A DNA stretch of 46,956 nt, taken from Candidatus Dormiibacterota bacterium (GTDB taxonomy: Bacteria; Chloroflexota; Dormibacteria; Aeolococcales; Bog-877). Shown piece by piece: positions 1-8,586 of the stretch (position 1 is the first letter of the stretch; each line of letters starts with the position of its first letter). Made by a program: the position numbers and the translations under genes. The notes under the pieces were generated by a model that saw only the letters and a list, made by a program, of their open reading frames with translations, did not search any database and was not told the origin of the DNA. The stretch covers positions 1 to 46,956 of the forward strand of contig DAHUZL010000160.1 in assembly GCA_027306655.1 (NCBI GenBank), in the 5' to 3' direction.

Positions 1-1
1 C

Positions 2-574
2 CGCATCCCTCCCGCCCAGTCCCCGGGTCGGGCGACGCGCCCGAGCCCCACCGCCTCCGTCAGGGCACAGGCGTCATCAACCGACGCGCCGCTGGTTTCT
101 GTCGCGCCCGGAGTCGCCGCGCCCGCCGCCGAACTCGTCGCACCGCGGTTCACGGTGAGTCGCCAGTTTCCGCCCCCAGCCGGCACGCCGGTAGGCACCG
201 TGGTCGCCGACTTCATTCGCGACAACTACATCGAGAACGTCGCATTGGAGCGGGCCGACCCGAGGCTGTTGAGGTATGCGGACGGGGGTAACTATCTGCT
301 CGCTGAGCAACAGCTTGTTCTGAACGAAGCACATAGTCACACCAGGCTACTTCGCATCACAGACCAGTTCAGCGCGATTGAGGTAGGGAGGAAGATAGAC
401 CCTGGGGCACCCGCAGTCCACCTAGCGGTGTACGTGGTTGGCATCGAGACGACTCGCAAGGCAACCCCGGGGGGACTGTCTCGGGTGGTCAGCCCATTCC
501 GGGATCTATTCTGGTGTGCGCGAAACCGACTTTCCAGCGGGTACTTGATCGTGGACGACGCGGTGCTCCCGTGA
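2..574 (+). CDS. Hypothetical, probably exported protein (5'-truncated by the window edge)
   Basis: The frame of ORF 155..574 stays open back to base 2 (Pro/Ala/Ser-rich linker RIPPAQSPGRATRPSPTAS...) ahead of a globular-looking domain. Its TGA overlaps the next GTG start (GTGA at 571-574). Confidence 0.6.
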   Translation, partial: RIPPAQSPGRATRPSPTASVRAQASSTDAPLVSVAPGVAAPAAELVAPRFTVSRQFPPPAGTPVGTVVADFIRDNYIENVALERADPRLLRYADGGNYLLAEQQLVLNEAHSHTRLLRITDQFSAIEVGRKIDPGAPAVHLAVYVVGIETTRKATPGGLSRVVSPFRDLFWCARNRLSSGYLIVDDAVLP

Positions 575-1500
575 AGCGTTGCTCGGCGTGCTTCCTCGGC
601 GCGGTGATGGCGATGCTGACGCCCGCTTCGGTGTGGGCTCAAGATCACACGCCTCCGGTGACTGTCCAGTGCCGTGCTGGGACCTATCTTGATGTCTTCG
701 GTGGAGTGTGCTTCCGTCCCCGCTCACCGTCGGCACCGACCCGGCCCGCGTACTTCCATCCGTGGTCCACGAGCCAGCCTGTGAATCGGAAGGGCTGCGT
801 GGCCCACGACCAGATCACGTGGGCGGACGGCACGGCCGCGGTTGGGGGCCCCGAGCCCGGGGGCTACGTCTACTACTTCGGCCTCAAGATCCAGAGGGTC
901 CTGTCAGACCCTCGGACGGACTGGGGATGGAACTGGTTCGTCCCCTGCAATCCCAGGAGATCCATGGCGTTCCTCGGTCTCGTCCATATGGGGAGGGCTC
1001 CCAACCCGTGCGTGACGGGCACGGCCGCCTGCCGCGCCGGCGTGAGCATCCCTGGATTCCTCGCCGCCGCGCGGGGGGCGGTTCCCGTCGAGCGCATCGT
1101 GGTCGACCCGGTGACTGTGGGCGTGGTGAACGTGCGTGTGCTGGCGGCTCTTGACCCCATTCCGATCCCGAAGTCGGTGGAGGTGCGCGTGACCGTGCCG
1201 GACCAGGGCGACCTGGATCTCGGCGAGCGCCTGCACGTCATCTGGGTGGTGACAGCAACGCCGGAGCCATGGGAGTGGCAATGGCCGGACCGCAGCCAGT
1301 CGGCGGAGGGACGATGGGTTCCGCAGCAGGATGAGCAGGGAGGCCACGTCAACGTCGACCTCCAGTACCTCGTGACCGCGGCGGGATACTGGTCGGACGG
1401 GATCACCATTCACGACCTGCCCGGATTCGTGGTGGGGACGATCAGCGTACCGACCACTCGCGCCTACGACGTGCAGCAGGTCCAGCCGGCAACGCTGTAG
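571..1500 (+). CDS. Hypothetical secreted Cys/Trp-rich protein with a beta-rich (PKD/Ig-like?) C-terminal region
   Basis: GTG at 571 is coupled to the upstream stop. The N-terminus MKRCSACFLGAVMAMLTPASVWA|QD resembles a signal peptide; several Cys; alternating hydrophobic strands near the C-terminus. Confidence 0.6.
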   Translation: MKRCSACFLGAVMAMLTPASVWAQDHTPPVTVQCRAGTYLDVFGGVCFRPRSPSAPTRPAYFHPWSTSQPVNRKGCVAHDQITWADGTAAVGGPEPGGYVYYFGLKIQRVLSDPRTDWGWNWFVPCNPRRSMAFLGLVHMGRAPNPCVTGTAACRAGVSIPGFLAAARGAVPVERIVVDPVTVGVVNVRVLAALDPIPIPKSVEVRVTVPDQGDLDLGERLHVIWVVTATPEPWEWQWPDRSQSAEGRWVPQQDEQGGHVNVDLQYLVTAAGYWSDGITIHDLPGFVVGTISVPTTRAYDVQQVQPATL

Positions 1501-1568
1501 CGGTCACGAGCGGGGAGGTCGTCCCTGGAAGCGGGGCGGCTGCCCCCCACCGGGCAACGACCGAGGGA

Positions 1569-1574
1569 TAGACT
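1569..1574 (+). promoter_or_regulatory. Putative -10 element (TAGACT) of the tRNA-Val promoter
   Basis: TAnnnT hexamer ending 13 nt before the mature tRNA 5' end; the same hexamer occurs before rpsF and the MarR gene. Confidence 0.45.
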
Positions 1575-1587
1575 GGAGCCTGCTCAC

Positions 1588-1664
<77 letters not shown>

Positions 1665-1747
1665 GTGACCACGTGCCCGAGACCGGATGCCGCGGAGCTT
1701 GCCGCTGGCCGCTCGCCCCGGCGTCCCGGCGTGCGATCCTTACCCCC

Positions 1748-2572
1748 ATGCGCAATCCCGGCAGTCGCGAGCTTCGCCGCCGACAGGCCCGCCTGGAGAG
1801 CCAGCGTCGGGCGGAGGTCCAGGAGAAGGTCCAGGCCCACGCCCCCGACCAGCGGGAGCGCCTCCGGCGGGGCGGGCTCTTCCTCGGCCTCGCGCCCAGA
1901 CAGGTGACCCGGCTCGCCCTGGCGGTCACCTCCGGCGCCGTCGTCCTGGTGGCGCTGGGAGCTCTCGCCCTCGTCGTCGAGCTCGGTCAGCACGATCTCC
2001 CCCTGGGGGTGGTGCTCCTGGCCCTCGCGGTCTTCTGCGGCGGTGCCGGAGCCTCGGTCATGGCTCCGGCCGTCCCCCCCGCTCGCCGTGACCGCACGGC
2101 GCCGGTGGAGACAATCCAGGGTCAGCTGGCCGGGGCCAGCGAGGTCTCCGGCACCCCGGGGCTCTGCCTGGTGGCCCTCAACGTCAATCGGGGCATCCAG
2201 GAGTTCCGGGTCCGCCGCGAGCTGTTCGAGAAGCTCCAGGGGGGTGCCGTCACCGTGGGGCTGACGATGACCCCGAACCTCCAGCACGTGACGACCCTGG
2301 CCGTGATCCGGCGGGATCGGATGGCCAAGCTCCAGTCGCCGCCGATCAGCCGGGCGATGCGGATCGGCGTCCTGCTCCCGTACCTCTCGTTCGCCGCCCT
2401 GATCGGCGGCATCGTCCTGGGGGGGGCGATCGGGGCCCTCCTTCCCCTCGGGACCAGCCCCGCGCACGCGCTGGCGGCCCTGCTGCTGGCGGCCGCCATC
2501 GCGGGGGCGGTGGCCCTCGGCCTGCGCCTGTACGCGAAGCGGCTGATGCGGGGGATCGACCTCCCCGCCTGA
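1748..2572 (+). CDS. Hypothetical membrane protein (about 4 TM helices)
   Basis: In-frame ATG at 1748 within ORF 1673..2572; two pairs of hydrophobic segments flank a soluble domain; GC3-rich codon usage. Confidence 0.7.
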   Translation: MRNPGSRELRRRQARLESQRRAEVQEKVQAHAPDQRERLRRGGLFLGLAPRQVTRLALAVTSGAVVLVALGALALVVELGQHDLPLGVVLLALAVFCGGAGASVMAPAVPPARRDRTAPVETIQGQLAGASEVSGTPGLCLVALNVNRGIQEFRVRRELFEKLQGGAVTVGLTMTPNLQHVTTLAVIRRDRMAKLQSPPISRAMRIGVLLPYLSFAALIGGIVLGGAIGALLPLGTSPAHALAALLLAAAIAGAVALGLRLYAKRLMRGIDLPA

Positions 2573-2620
2573 GCGGGCCACCGGCAGGGAGCGGTCCGGG
2601 TCCGGCCCCGGCGGGCCGCG

Positions 2621-2629
2621 TGCTAGACT
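2621..2629 (+). promoter_or_regulatory. Extended -10 promoter (TGcTAGACT) of the rpsF operon
   Basis: TGn-TAnnnT about 70 nt upstream of the rpsF start. Confidence 0.6.
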
Positions 2630-2637
2630 CGCCCGGT

Positions 2638-2692
2638 CCCCCATCCTGCGTCCGGGGCCACCGGGCGCAATCCCACAGGTTTCGGGAGGTGC
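2638..2692 (+). ncRNA. Putative S6:S18-binding ribosomal leader (rpsF leader)
   Basis: Hairpin TGCGTCCGG-GGCCA-CCGGGCGCA with a CCR triplet in the loop, preceded by a pyrimidine tract (CCCCATCCT) able to pair with the SD GGGAGGT. This matches the known architecture of S6:S18 autoregulatory leaders. Confidence 0.6.
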
Positions 2693-2696
2693 GCGC

Positions 2697-3398
2697 GTGG
2701 AGCGCGAATACGAGCTCATGTACATCGTCCGGCCGGATCTGGACGAGGACCAGGTCCGGACCGCCATGGATGAGGTGACCTCGATGGTCGCCGGCAATGG
2801 TGGCGAGGTGCTGAAGTCCTCCCTCTGGGGTCGGCGCCGGCTCGCCTACCTCGTGGGCGGGTTCCACGACGGCTACTACGTGGTGGCCGACACCCGGCTC
2901 CCCGGTGAGCGCCTGGGCGAGATCGAGCGACAGCTGAAGCTGTCTGAAACCGTGATCCGGCACATGCTCACGATCGCGCGGCCGCTTCGTGACGAGGGAG
3001 AGCGCCCGCCTCGGGGCCGCGAGCGCTGGCGTGACCGCGAGCGCGGCCGGGGTCGTCGCGGAGGGGAGCAGGCCGACGCCGCACCGGGCGAGACCCCGGG
3101 GGCGGACGCGGAGGCCACCCCTGCCGAGGCGACCGGGGAGGGTCCCGAAGCGGCCCCAGCACCGGAGCCGGCGGAGGCCCTGGCGGGGGCCGCGGACCAA
3201 GCGGGCACCGTCGAGGGACCTCAGATGGTGGACAGTTCGGCCGCACCCGCGGCCGGCAGGGAGGAGACCGACGTGCCGCACGCCCGTGCCGGTGCCGATG
3301 ACCTGGACGACGACGACAGCGACGACGCCGAGGACGACGACGACGAGGCGCTCGAGGACGAGGACGACGATGACGACGACGACGGCGAGGAGGCGTGA
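2697..3398 (+). CDS. rpsF: 30S ribosomal protein S6 with a long C-terminal Arg-rich, low-complexity and acidic extension
   Basis: YELMYIVRPDL...WGRRRLAY...GYYV...VIRHM S6 signature; SD GGGAGGTG; first gene of rpsF-ssb-rpsR. Confidence 0.95.
   Translation: MEREYELMYIVRPDLDEDQVRTAMDEVTSMVAGNGGEVLKSSLWGRRRLAYLVGGFHDGYYVVADTRLPGERLGEIERQLKLSETVIRHMLTIARPLRDEGERPPRGRERWRDRERGRGRRGGEQADAAPGETPGADAEATPAEATGEGPEAAPAPEPAEALAGAADQAGTVEGPQMVDSSAAPAAGREETDVPHARAGADDLDDDDSDDAEDDDDEALEDEDDDDDDDGEEA
3296..3392 (+). repeat. Imperfect (GAC/GAG)n trinucleotide run encoding the poly-Asp/Glu tail of S6
   Basis: Directly visible gacgacgacgac... runs. Confidence 0.8.
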
Positions 3399-3400
3399 CC

Positions 3401-3856
3401 ATGGCCGGCTCCCTCAACCGCGTCATGCTCATCGGACGGCTCACCGCGGACCCGGAGATGCGCTACCTTCCGAGCGGCCAGCCGGTCACCCAGCTGCGGA
3501 TGGCCACCAACCGCTACGGCACCAGCACCGACGGGGAGCGGCGTGAGTTCACCGACTACCACGACGTCGTGGTCTGGAACATCGGCCAGCGCAAGCTCGC
3601 CGAGATCGCGGGGCAGTACCTCCACAAGGGCAGCTTGGTCTACGTCGAGGGGCGGCTCCAGACGCGCTCCTGGGATGGCCAGGATGGCCAGAAGCGCTAC
3701 CGCACCGAGGTCAATGCCAACGACATCCAGTTCTTGGAGCCGCGCGGCGCCACCGCCGGCGACGGCGAGGATGGCGGAGCACGCCAGCCGGTGGCCGTGC
3801 CCGGGGTGGCTGCCGAGGCGGGCGGCGATGTCGATCCTGACGACATCCCCTTCTGA
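3401..3856 (+). CDS. ssb: Single-stranded DNA-binding protein
   Basis: LNRVMLIGRLTADPEMRY, KGSLVYVEGRLQTRSW, C-terminal DDIPF. Confidence 0.97.
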   Translation: MAGSLNRVMLIGRLTADPEMRYLPSGQPVTQLRMATNRYGTSTDGERREFTDYHDVVVWNIGQRKLAEIAGQYLHKGSLVYVEGRLQTRSWDGQDGQKRYRTEVNANDIQFLEPRGATAGDGEDGGARQPVAVPGVAAEAGGDVDPDDIPF

Positions 3857-3874
3857 TGTGGGGGCTGAGCATTG

Positions 3875-4108
3875 ATGGCTGAGTACGGGCGGCGTCGGCC
3901 GCGCAAGGTCTGCAACTTCTGCCTCGAGCGGATCATCTTCGTCGACCACAAGGAGGTGACCCGCCTGCGCCGCTACATCAGCGAGCGGGGGAAGATCCTG
4001 CCCCGACGGGTCACCGGCACCTGCGCGCTGCACCAGCGCCGCCTCACGGTGGCGCTCAAACGCGCGCGCCACATTGCCCTGCTGCCTTTCACCACTGACC
4101 AGCGCTGA
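3875..4108 (+). CDS. rpsR: 30S ribosomal protein S18 (Zn-binding form)
   Basis: KVCNFC...[22 protein letters not shown]...[11 protein letters not shown]. Confidence 0.97.
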   Translation: MAEYGRRRPRKVCNFCLERIIFVDHKEVTRLRRYISERGKILPRRVTGTCALHQRRLTVALKRARHIALLPFTTDQR

Positions 4109-4257
4109 GGACGGGAGACCGGCACACCACCCCCGGGCGGCCGCGTCGCGATCGTCGGGACCCGGGAGGTGGGCCCGGTTCGACCGGGCGCCCGGGGGAC
4201 GCACGCTGATCATCGAGGGTCGCGCCGCCAGATTGCCCGCCGATGCGGGGCCCTGCG

Positions 4258-5130
4258 ATGGCTGAGCCCTCACCGGAGGTGCGCCGCCTCGCCGCCCGGT
4301 GGCGGGCGCTGGTGCGGAGGCGCGAGGCGCAGGTCGTTCGGGTGGCGGGGGCGGCGACGAGCGGTCCCGGCCACTGGGACCAGCGCGCGGCCGCCTTCGA
4401 CGCCTGCTCGCGGGCGCACGACCTCGAGCACGACCCCCTGTACAGGCTGCTGCTGAGCGTGGTCCCCGGGCGGCGCCTCCTCGACATCGGAGCGGGGGCC
4501 GGGCGGTATGCCGTCCCCCTGGCGGCGACGGCCTCGGCGGTGACCGCGGTCGAGCCGTCGTCGGGGATGCGGGCCCGGCTGTCGGCTCGCCTCGACGAGG
4601 AACGACGGGACAATGTCCGGATCGTGGCGGGCGCGTGGCCGGACGCGGCGGCCGCTGCCGGTCATCACGACGTCGCCCTCGTCTCCCATGCCATCTACGG
4701 GGCCGCCGACCTGGTCGGCTTCCTCGACGCCCTGGAAGCGGCCGCCCCGCTCCGCGTGGTGGCGATCCGGGTCGAGCCGATGGGCTACCCGGTGGCCGGC
4801 CTCTTCGCCCGCCTCCACGGCGAGCCACCGGTGCCCGATCCCACCCTGGCCACCCTCGTGCCGGTCCTCCTCGCCCGCGGGGCGCTGCCGACCGTGCAGT
4901 ACGGGACCTTTGGCGGGGGCTCCCCCTTTGCCACGCTCGCCGACGTCCAGGCCTGGGCGGCGGAGCAGCTGCGGCTTGCCGCGGACGACCCCCGCCGCGG
5001 CGGGCTCGCCGAGCCGATCCGTGCTCTGGTGGCGGAGTCGCCCACGGGCTGGCACTGGCGGGTGCCGCTGCACACCGGGATCGTCGCCTGGGGAGAGGTG
5101 GACGGCTCGCCCTCCCACCTGACCCCGTAG
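4258..5130 (+). CDS. Class I SAM-dependent methyltransferase
   Basis: Motif I LLDIGAGAGRY, VTAVEPSSGM, HWDQRAAAF, DVALVSHAIY. Confidence 0.85.
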   Translation: MAEPSPEVRRLAARWRALVRRREAQVVRVAGAATSGPGHWDQRAAAFDACSRAHDLEHDPLYRLLLSVVPGRRLLDIGAGAGRYAVPLAATASAVTAVEPSSGMRARLSARLDEERRDNVRIVAGAWPDAAAAAGHHDVALVSHAIYGAADLVGFLDALEAAAPLRVVAIRVEPMGYPVAGLFARLHGEPPVPDPTLATLVPVLLARGALPTVQYGTFGGGSPFATLADVQAWAAEQLRLAADDPRRGGLAEPIRALVAESPTGWHWRVPLHTGIVAWGEVDGSPSHLTP

Positions 5131-5304
5131 ACTGGACCGGGATCGAGCGGGCGCCGCCGCGGGCGCGGCCCCGCCTCTTGTGCGGAGGTCGCGTGTCCCT
5201 CACGGCGCAGCAGCGAGTGTCGTCACCCCCGCTGAGAGCTGCACCGAGGTGACCGGCGGCAGCGGGCTCGCTCGTCCCGCCCCTGTGGGCCGGCAGCGGA
5301 CGGC

Positions 5305-6900
5305 GTGAGGGTGGAGCCCCCAGATCGCCCGCGCATCCTGGTCGCCGACCCCATCGCCGACGACGGCATCGCCCGGCTCCGCCGCGCCGGGCAGGTCGAC
5401 ATCGGGACCTCGATGTCGTCGGCCGAGCTGATCGCCCGGGTGGGTGACTACGACGCGCTGGTCGTCCGCAGCGAGACCAGGGTGACGGCCGACGTGATCG
5501 CGGCCGGCCGCCGGCTCCGGGTCATCGGCAGGGCCGGCGTCGGCGTCGACAACATCGACGTCGCCGCCGCCAGTGAGCGCGGCATCCTGGTCGTCAATGC
5601 GCCCACCGGCAACACCGTGGCTGCCGCCGAGCACACGATCGCCATGGTGCTGGCCCTGGCCCGCAACATCGCCCCCGCCGCGGCGGCCCTCCGCGCCGGG
5701 TCGTGGGAACGCTCGCGCTTCGTCGGCACCGAGCTCCGCGACAAGACGCTCGCCGTCATCGGCCTCGGCAAGATCGGGTTCGAGGTGGCGCGGATGGCGC
5801 TGGGGCTGCAGATGCGGGTGGTGGCCCATGACCCCCTGGTGGCCCCGGAGCGCGCCGCCCAGGCCGGAGTCCGCCTGGTCGATCTGGACACGGCGCTCGC
5901 CGAGGCCGATGTGCTCACCGTCCACACCCCGCTGACCGACGCTACCCGTGGCCTGATCGGAGCGGCCGAGCTGGCCCGGATGCGTAAGGGGGCACGGGTG
6001 GTCAACGTCGGTCGGGGCGGGATCATCGACGAGTCGGCGCTCGCCGCCGCGGTGGCCAGCGGGCACCTCGCCGGTGCCGCGGTCGATGTCTTCACCACCG
6101 AGCCGCCCCCTCCGGACCACCCGCTCCTGCGGGAGCCGGGGGTCCTGGTGACGCCGCACCTGGGGGCGTCCACGGTGGAGGCACAGGTCTCGGTCGCGAC
6201 CGACGTCGCCGACCAGATCGTCTCCGTCCTCCAGGGCGGCTCGGCGCGGTGGGCGGTCAACGCGCCCCAGCTTGGACCCGAGGAGCTGGCGGAGCTCGAG
6301 CCCTACCGAGTCCTCGCCCGCCGGCTCGGCAGCCTCTACGCCCAGCTCGGTGGCGGTGGCGTGCGCGCGCTCTCGGTCGAGTATCGCGGCGCCGTTGCCG
6401 AGAACGAACCGGCCATCCTCACGGCCGAAATCATCGGCGGGCTGCTGCAGCACTTCACTCAGGACCCCGTCAACGTCGTCAATGCCCGGCTGCTGGCGCG
6501 CCAGCACGGCATCGAGGTGTCCGAGCAGCGGAGCAGCGAGGCGGTCGAGTACGCCAGCTCGATCACCCTGCGGGTGGACGGCAGCGGAGTGCACGAGCTG
6601 ACCGGCACCCTCTCCAACGGCACGCCCCGGGTGGTGCGCCTCGACAGCTTCCACCTCGACCTGGTGCCCGAGGGAACCTTCCTGCTCTTCCACCACACCG
6701 ACCGGCCCGGGATGATCGGGGCGATCGGGAGCTGCCTCGGCCGGGCGGGGGTCAACATCGCCGAGCTCCAGCTCGGCCGCGCCGAGCCTCGCGGCGAGGC
6801 GGTGATGGTGGTGGTGGTCGACGACCCGGTCCCGGAGCCGCTGGTGTCCGAGCTGCGCCGGATCGACGGAGTGCGCTCCCTCTCCGTCGTCGAGCTCTGA
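5305..6900 (+). CDS. serA: D-3-phosphoglycerate dehydrogenase (type I, with ASB and ACT domains)
   Basis: LVVRSET, GRAGVGVDNID, NAPTGNT..AAEH, GLGKIG, TPHLGAST.EAQ, C-terminal HTDRPGMIG...VNIA ACT domain. Confidence 0.95.
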   Translation: MRVEPPDRPRILVADPIADDGIARLRRAGQVDIGTSMSSAELIARVGDYDALVVRSETRVTADVIAAGRRLRVIGRAGVGVDNIDVAAASERGILVVNAPTGNTVAAAEHTIAMVLALARNIAPAAAALRAGSWERSRFVGTELRDKTLAVIGLGKIGFEVARMALGLQMRVVAHDPLVAPERAAQAGVRLVDLDTALAEADVLTVHTPLTDATRGLIGAAELARMRKGARVVNVGRGGIIDESALAAAVASGHLAGAAVDVFTTEPPPPDHPLLREPGVLVTPHLGASTVEAQVSVATDVADQIVSVLQGGSARWAVNAPQLGPEELAELEPYRVLARRLGSLYAQLGGGGVRALSVEYRGAVAENEPAILTAEIIGGLLQHFTQDPVNVVNARLLARQHGIEVSEQRSSEAVEYASSITLRVDGSGVHELTGTLSNGTPRVVRLDSFHLDLVPEGTFLLFHHTDRPGMIGAIGSCLGRAGVNIAELQLGRAEPRGEAVMVVVVDDPVPEPLVSELRRIDGVRSLSVVEL

Positions 6901-6902
6901 GC

Positions 6903-8168
6903 ATGGCCGAGGTCCGGCCATTTCGGGGGCTGCGGTACGACCCCGACGTGGTCGACCTCGCGGCCGTGCTGGCGCCGCCCTACGACGTGATTGACGAGGC
7001 GCAGCAGACCGAGTTGTACGGGCGCGCGATGCAGAACGTCGTCCGCGTCGAGCTCGGGCAGGACCTCCCCGATGACGTCCCGGGCGTCCGTGACCGCTAC
7101 ACCCGTGCCCGCGGCCACCTCGAAGCCTGGCGCCGGACCGGGGCGATGGTGAGCGAGGACCGGGCCGCCCTCTACCTCCATGCCCACGCGTTCCACCCGC
7201 CCGGGGGCGGCTCGCTGGAGCGGCTCGGGGTCTTCGCGGCGGTGACCCCCGAGCCCTGGGAGGCCGGCGGGGTGCTGCGCCACGAGCACACCCTGAGCGG
7301 CCCCAAGCGGGACCGGCTCCAACTCCTGGAGGCGACCGGGGTCCAGGGATCGCCGGTCTTCGCGCTCTGGGAGGAGGGCGACCGCGCGACGGCGGCCCTG
7401 CGGCACCACGCCGCCACCACCCCACCCGCGGCCGAGGCGGTGACCGACGGCGAGAACGGGCACGAGCGCCACCGTCTTTGGGTGCTCGGCGAGGACGGTC
7501 CAACGGCCGCGGTGGTGGCCCAGGTGGTGCAGACACTGGCCGGCTCTCGCCTGGTCGTCGCCGACGGTCACCATCGCTACGAGACCGCCCTCGCCTACGC
7601 GACCGCGCACCCCGAGGCCCCGGCCCGGGTGCTGATGCTGCTCGCCCCGCTCGACGACCAGAGCCACGTGATCCTCGCCACCCACCGGATCGTCCCGCGC
7701 GCGTCCCTCGACGCGGAGGCGCTCCGCACCCGGCTCGCGGCCGCCGGCTACGGGTGGGACCCCGTCGCCGACCCCCGGACGGCGCTACGCCGGATGGCGG
7801 CCCTGCGGGAGCGGGCGCACGCCTTCGGGGTGATCGCCCCCGGCACCACGGCGGTGCTCCAGCGCGGGCGCCGGCCGGCCGCCAGCCCCCGGGCGGGGCT
7901 CGACGTCACGGTCCTTCAGGAGGAGGTGCTGACTGCGCACCTTGGCGTGGACGCCGACGCGGTGGCGGGCGGGCGACTGCGCTTCAGCCGTGACCCGGCC
8001 GCGGTGGCGCACGCTGTCGCGGACACGGACGGCCTCGGCTTCCTCGTGAACCCCACCACCGTGGCCGAGGTGGCCGCCGTCGCCCGCGCGGGTGAGTCGA
8101 TGCCGCAGAAGTCGACCTACTTCTTCCCCAAGGTGCCCACCGGGCTGGTGCTCCTGCCGGTCGACTGA
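6903..8168 (+). CDS. DUF1015 family protein (ParB/Srx-like fold)
   Basis: ATG 2 nt after the serA stop; MAEVRPFRGLRY, APPYDVI, HEHT...K.DR, ADGHHRYETA, MPQKSTYFFPK motifs typical of DUF1015. Confidence 0.88.
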   Translation: MAEVRPFRGLRYDPDVVDLAAVLAPPYDVIDEAQQTELYGRAMQNVVRVELGQDLPDDVPGVRDRYTRARGHLEAWRRTGAMVSEDRAALYLHAHAFHPPGGGSLERLGVFAAVTPEPWEAGGVLRHEHTLSGPKRDRLQLLEATGVQGSPVFALWEEGDRATAALRHHAATTPPAAEAVTDGENGHERHRLWVLGEDGPTAAVVAQVVQTLAGSRLVVADGHHRYETALAYATAHPEAPARVLMLLAPLDDQSHVILATHRIVPRASLDAEALRTRLAAAGYGWDPVADPRTALRRMAALRERAHAFGVIAPGTTAVLQRGRRPAASPRAGLDVTVLQEEVLTAHLGVDADAVAGGRLRFSRDPAAVAHAVADTDGLGFLVNPTTVAEVAAVARAGESMPQKSTYFFPKVPTGLVLLPVD

Positions 8169-8586
8169 GCCGCCAGCACTGCTTGGGAGCCGGGCATCGT
8201 GACGATGTGACCCGTTCGGGCGTCGCCCCCGAGCCGTGCCGGCGCGATGAAGGTCGCCGCGGTGCGATCAATGGGCGAGCGAGCGGCCGAGTGGCCGGGG
8301 TGCCGGCGGGTGATCAGCTGTGAGCACAGGGTGGAGCAGACGGCGGTGGAGGGGGGTGAGCTCCGCCGGCCCTGGCCCAGGGGCAGCGCGCCGGACCCGG
8401 ACCGGGGGCGGCCGGGAGGGCGGCACGGTCAGGCATGGCGGGCGTCGGCCGCCCCCCCGGGGTGGGCGAAGGGCTGCGGCGGCAACGGCCGCTCCCCGTG
8501 GACGGCGACTCCGATCCGCTCGAGACTGTGCGAGAACAGGGCCATCGAAGGGGTGCTCCTGTGCCGGGGCGCTCGGTTCAATGCCG

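Noticed and set aside
6249-6902. N-terminal extensions in the ORF track (e.g. 6249 for DUF1015, 12994, 20953, 27330, 45470, 46746)
   Set aside because: They overlap upstream genes; family motifs, SD sites or stop/start coupling indicate later starts.
3221-7536. Long minus-strand ORFs 3221..5203 and 5200..7536
   Set aside because: Arg/Pro/Gly-rich shadow ORFs antisense to ssb, rpsR, the methyltransferase, serA and DUF1015; expected at this GC content.
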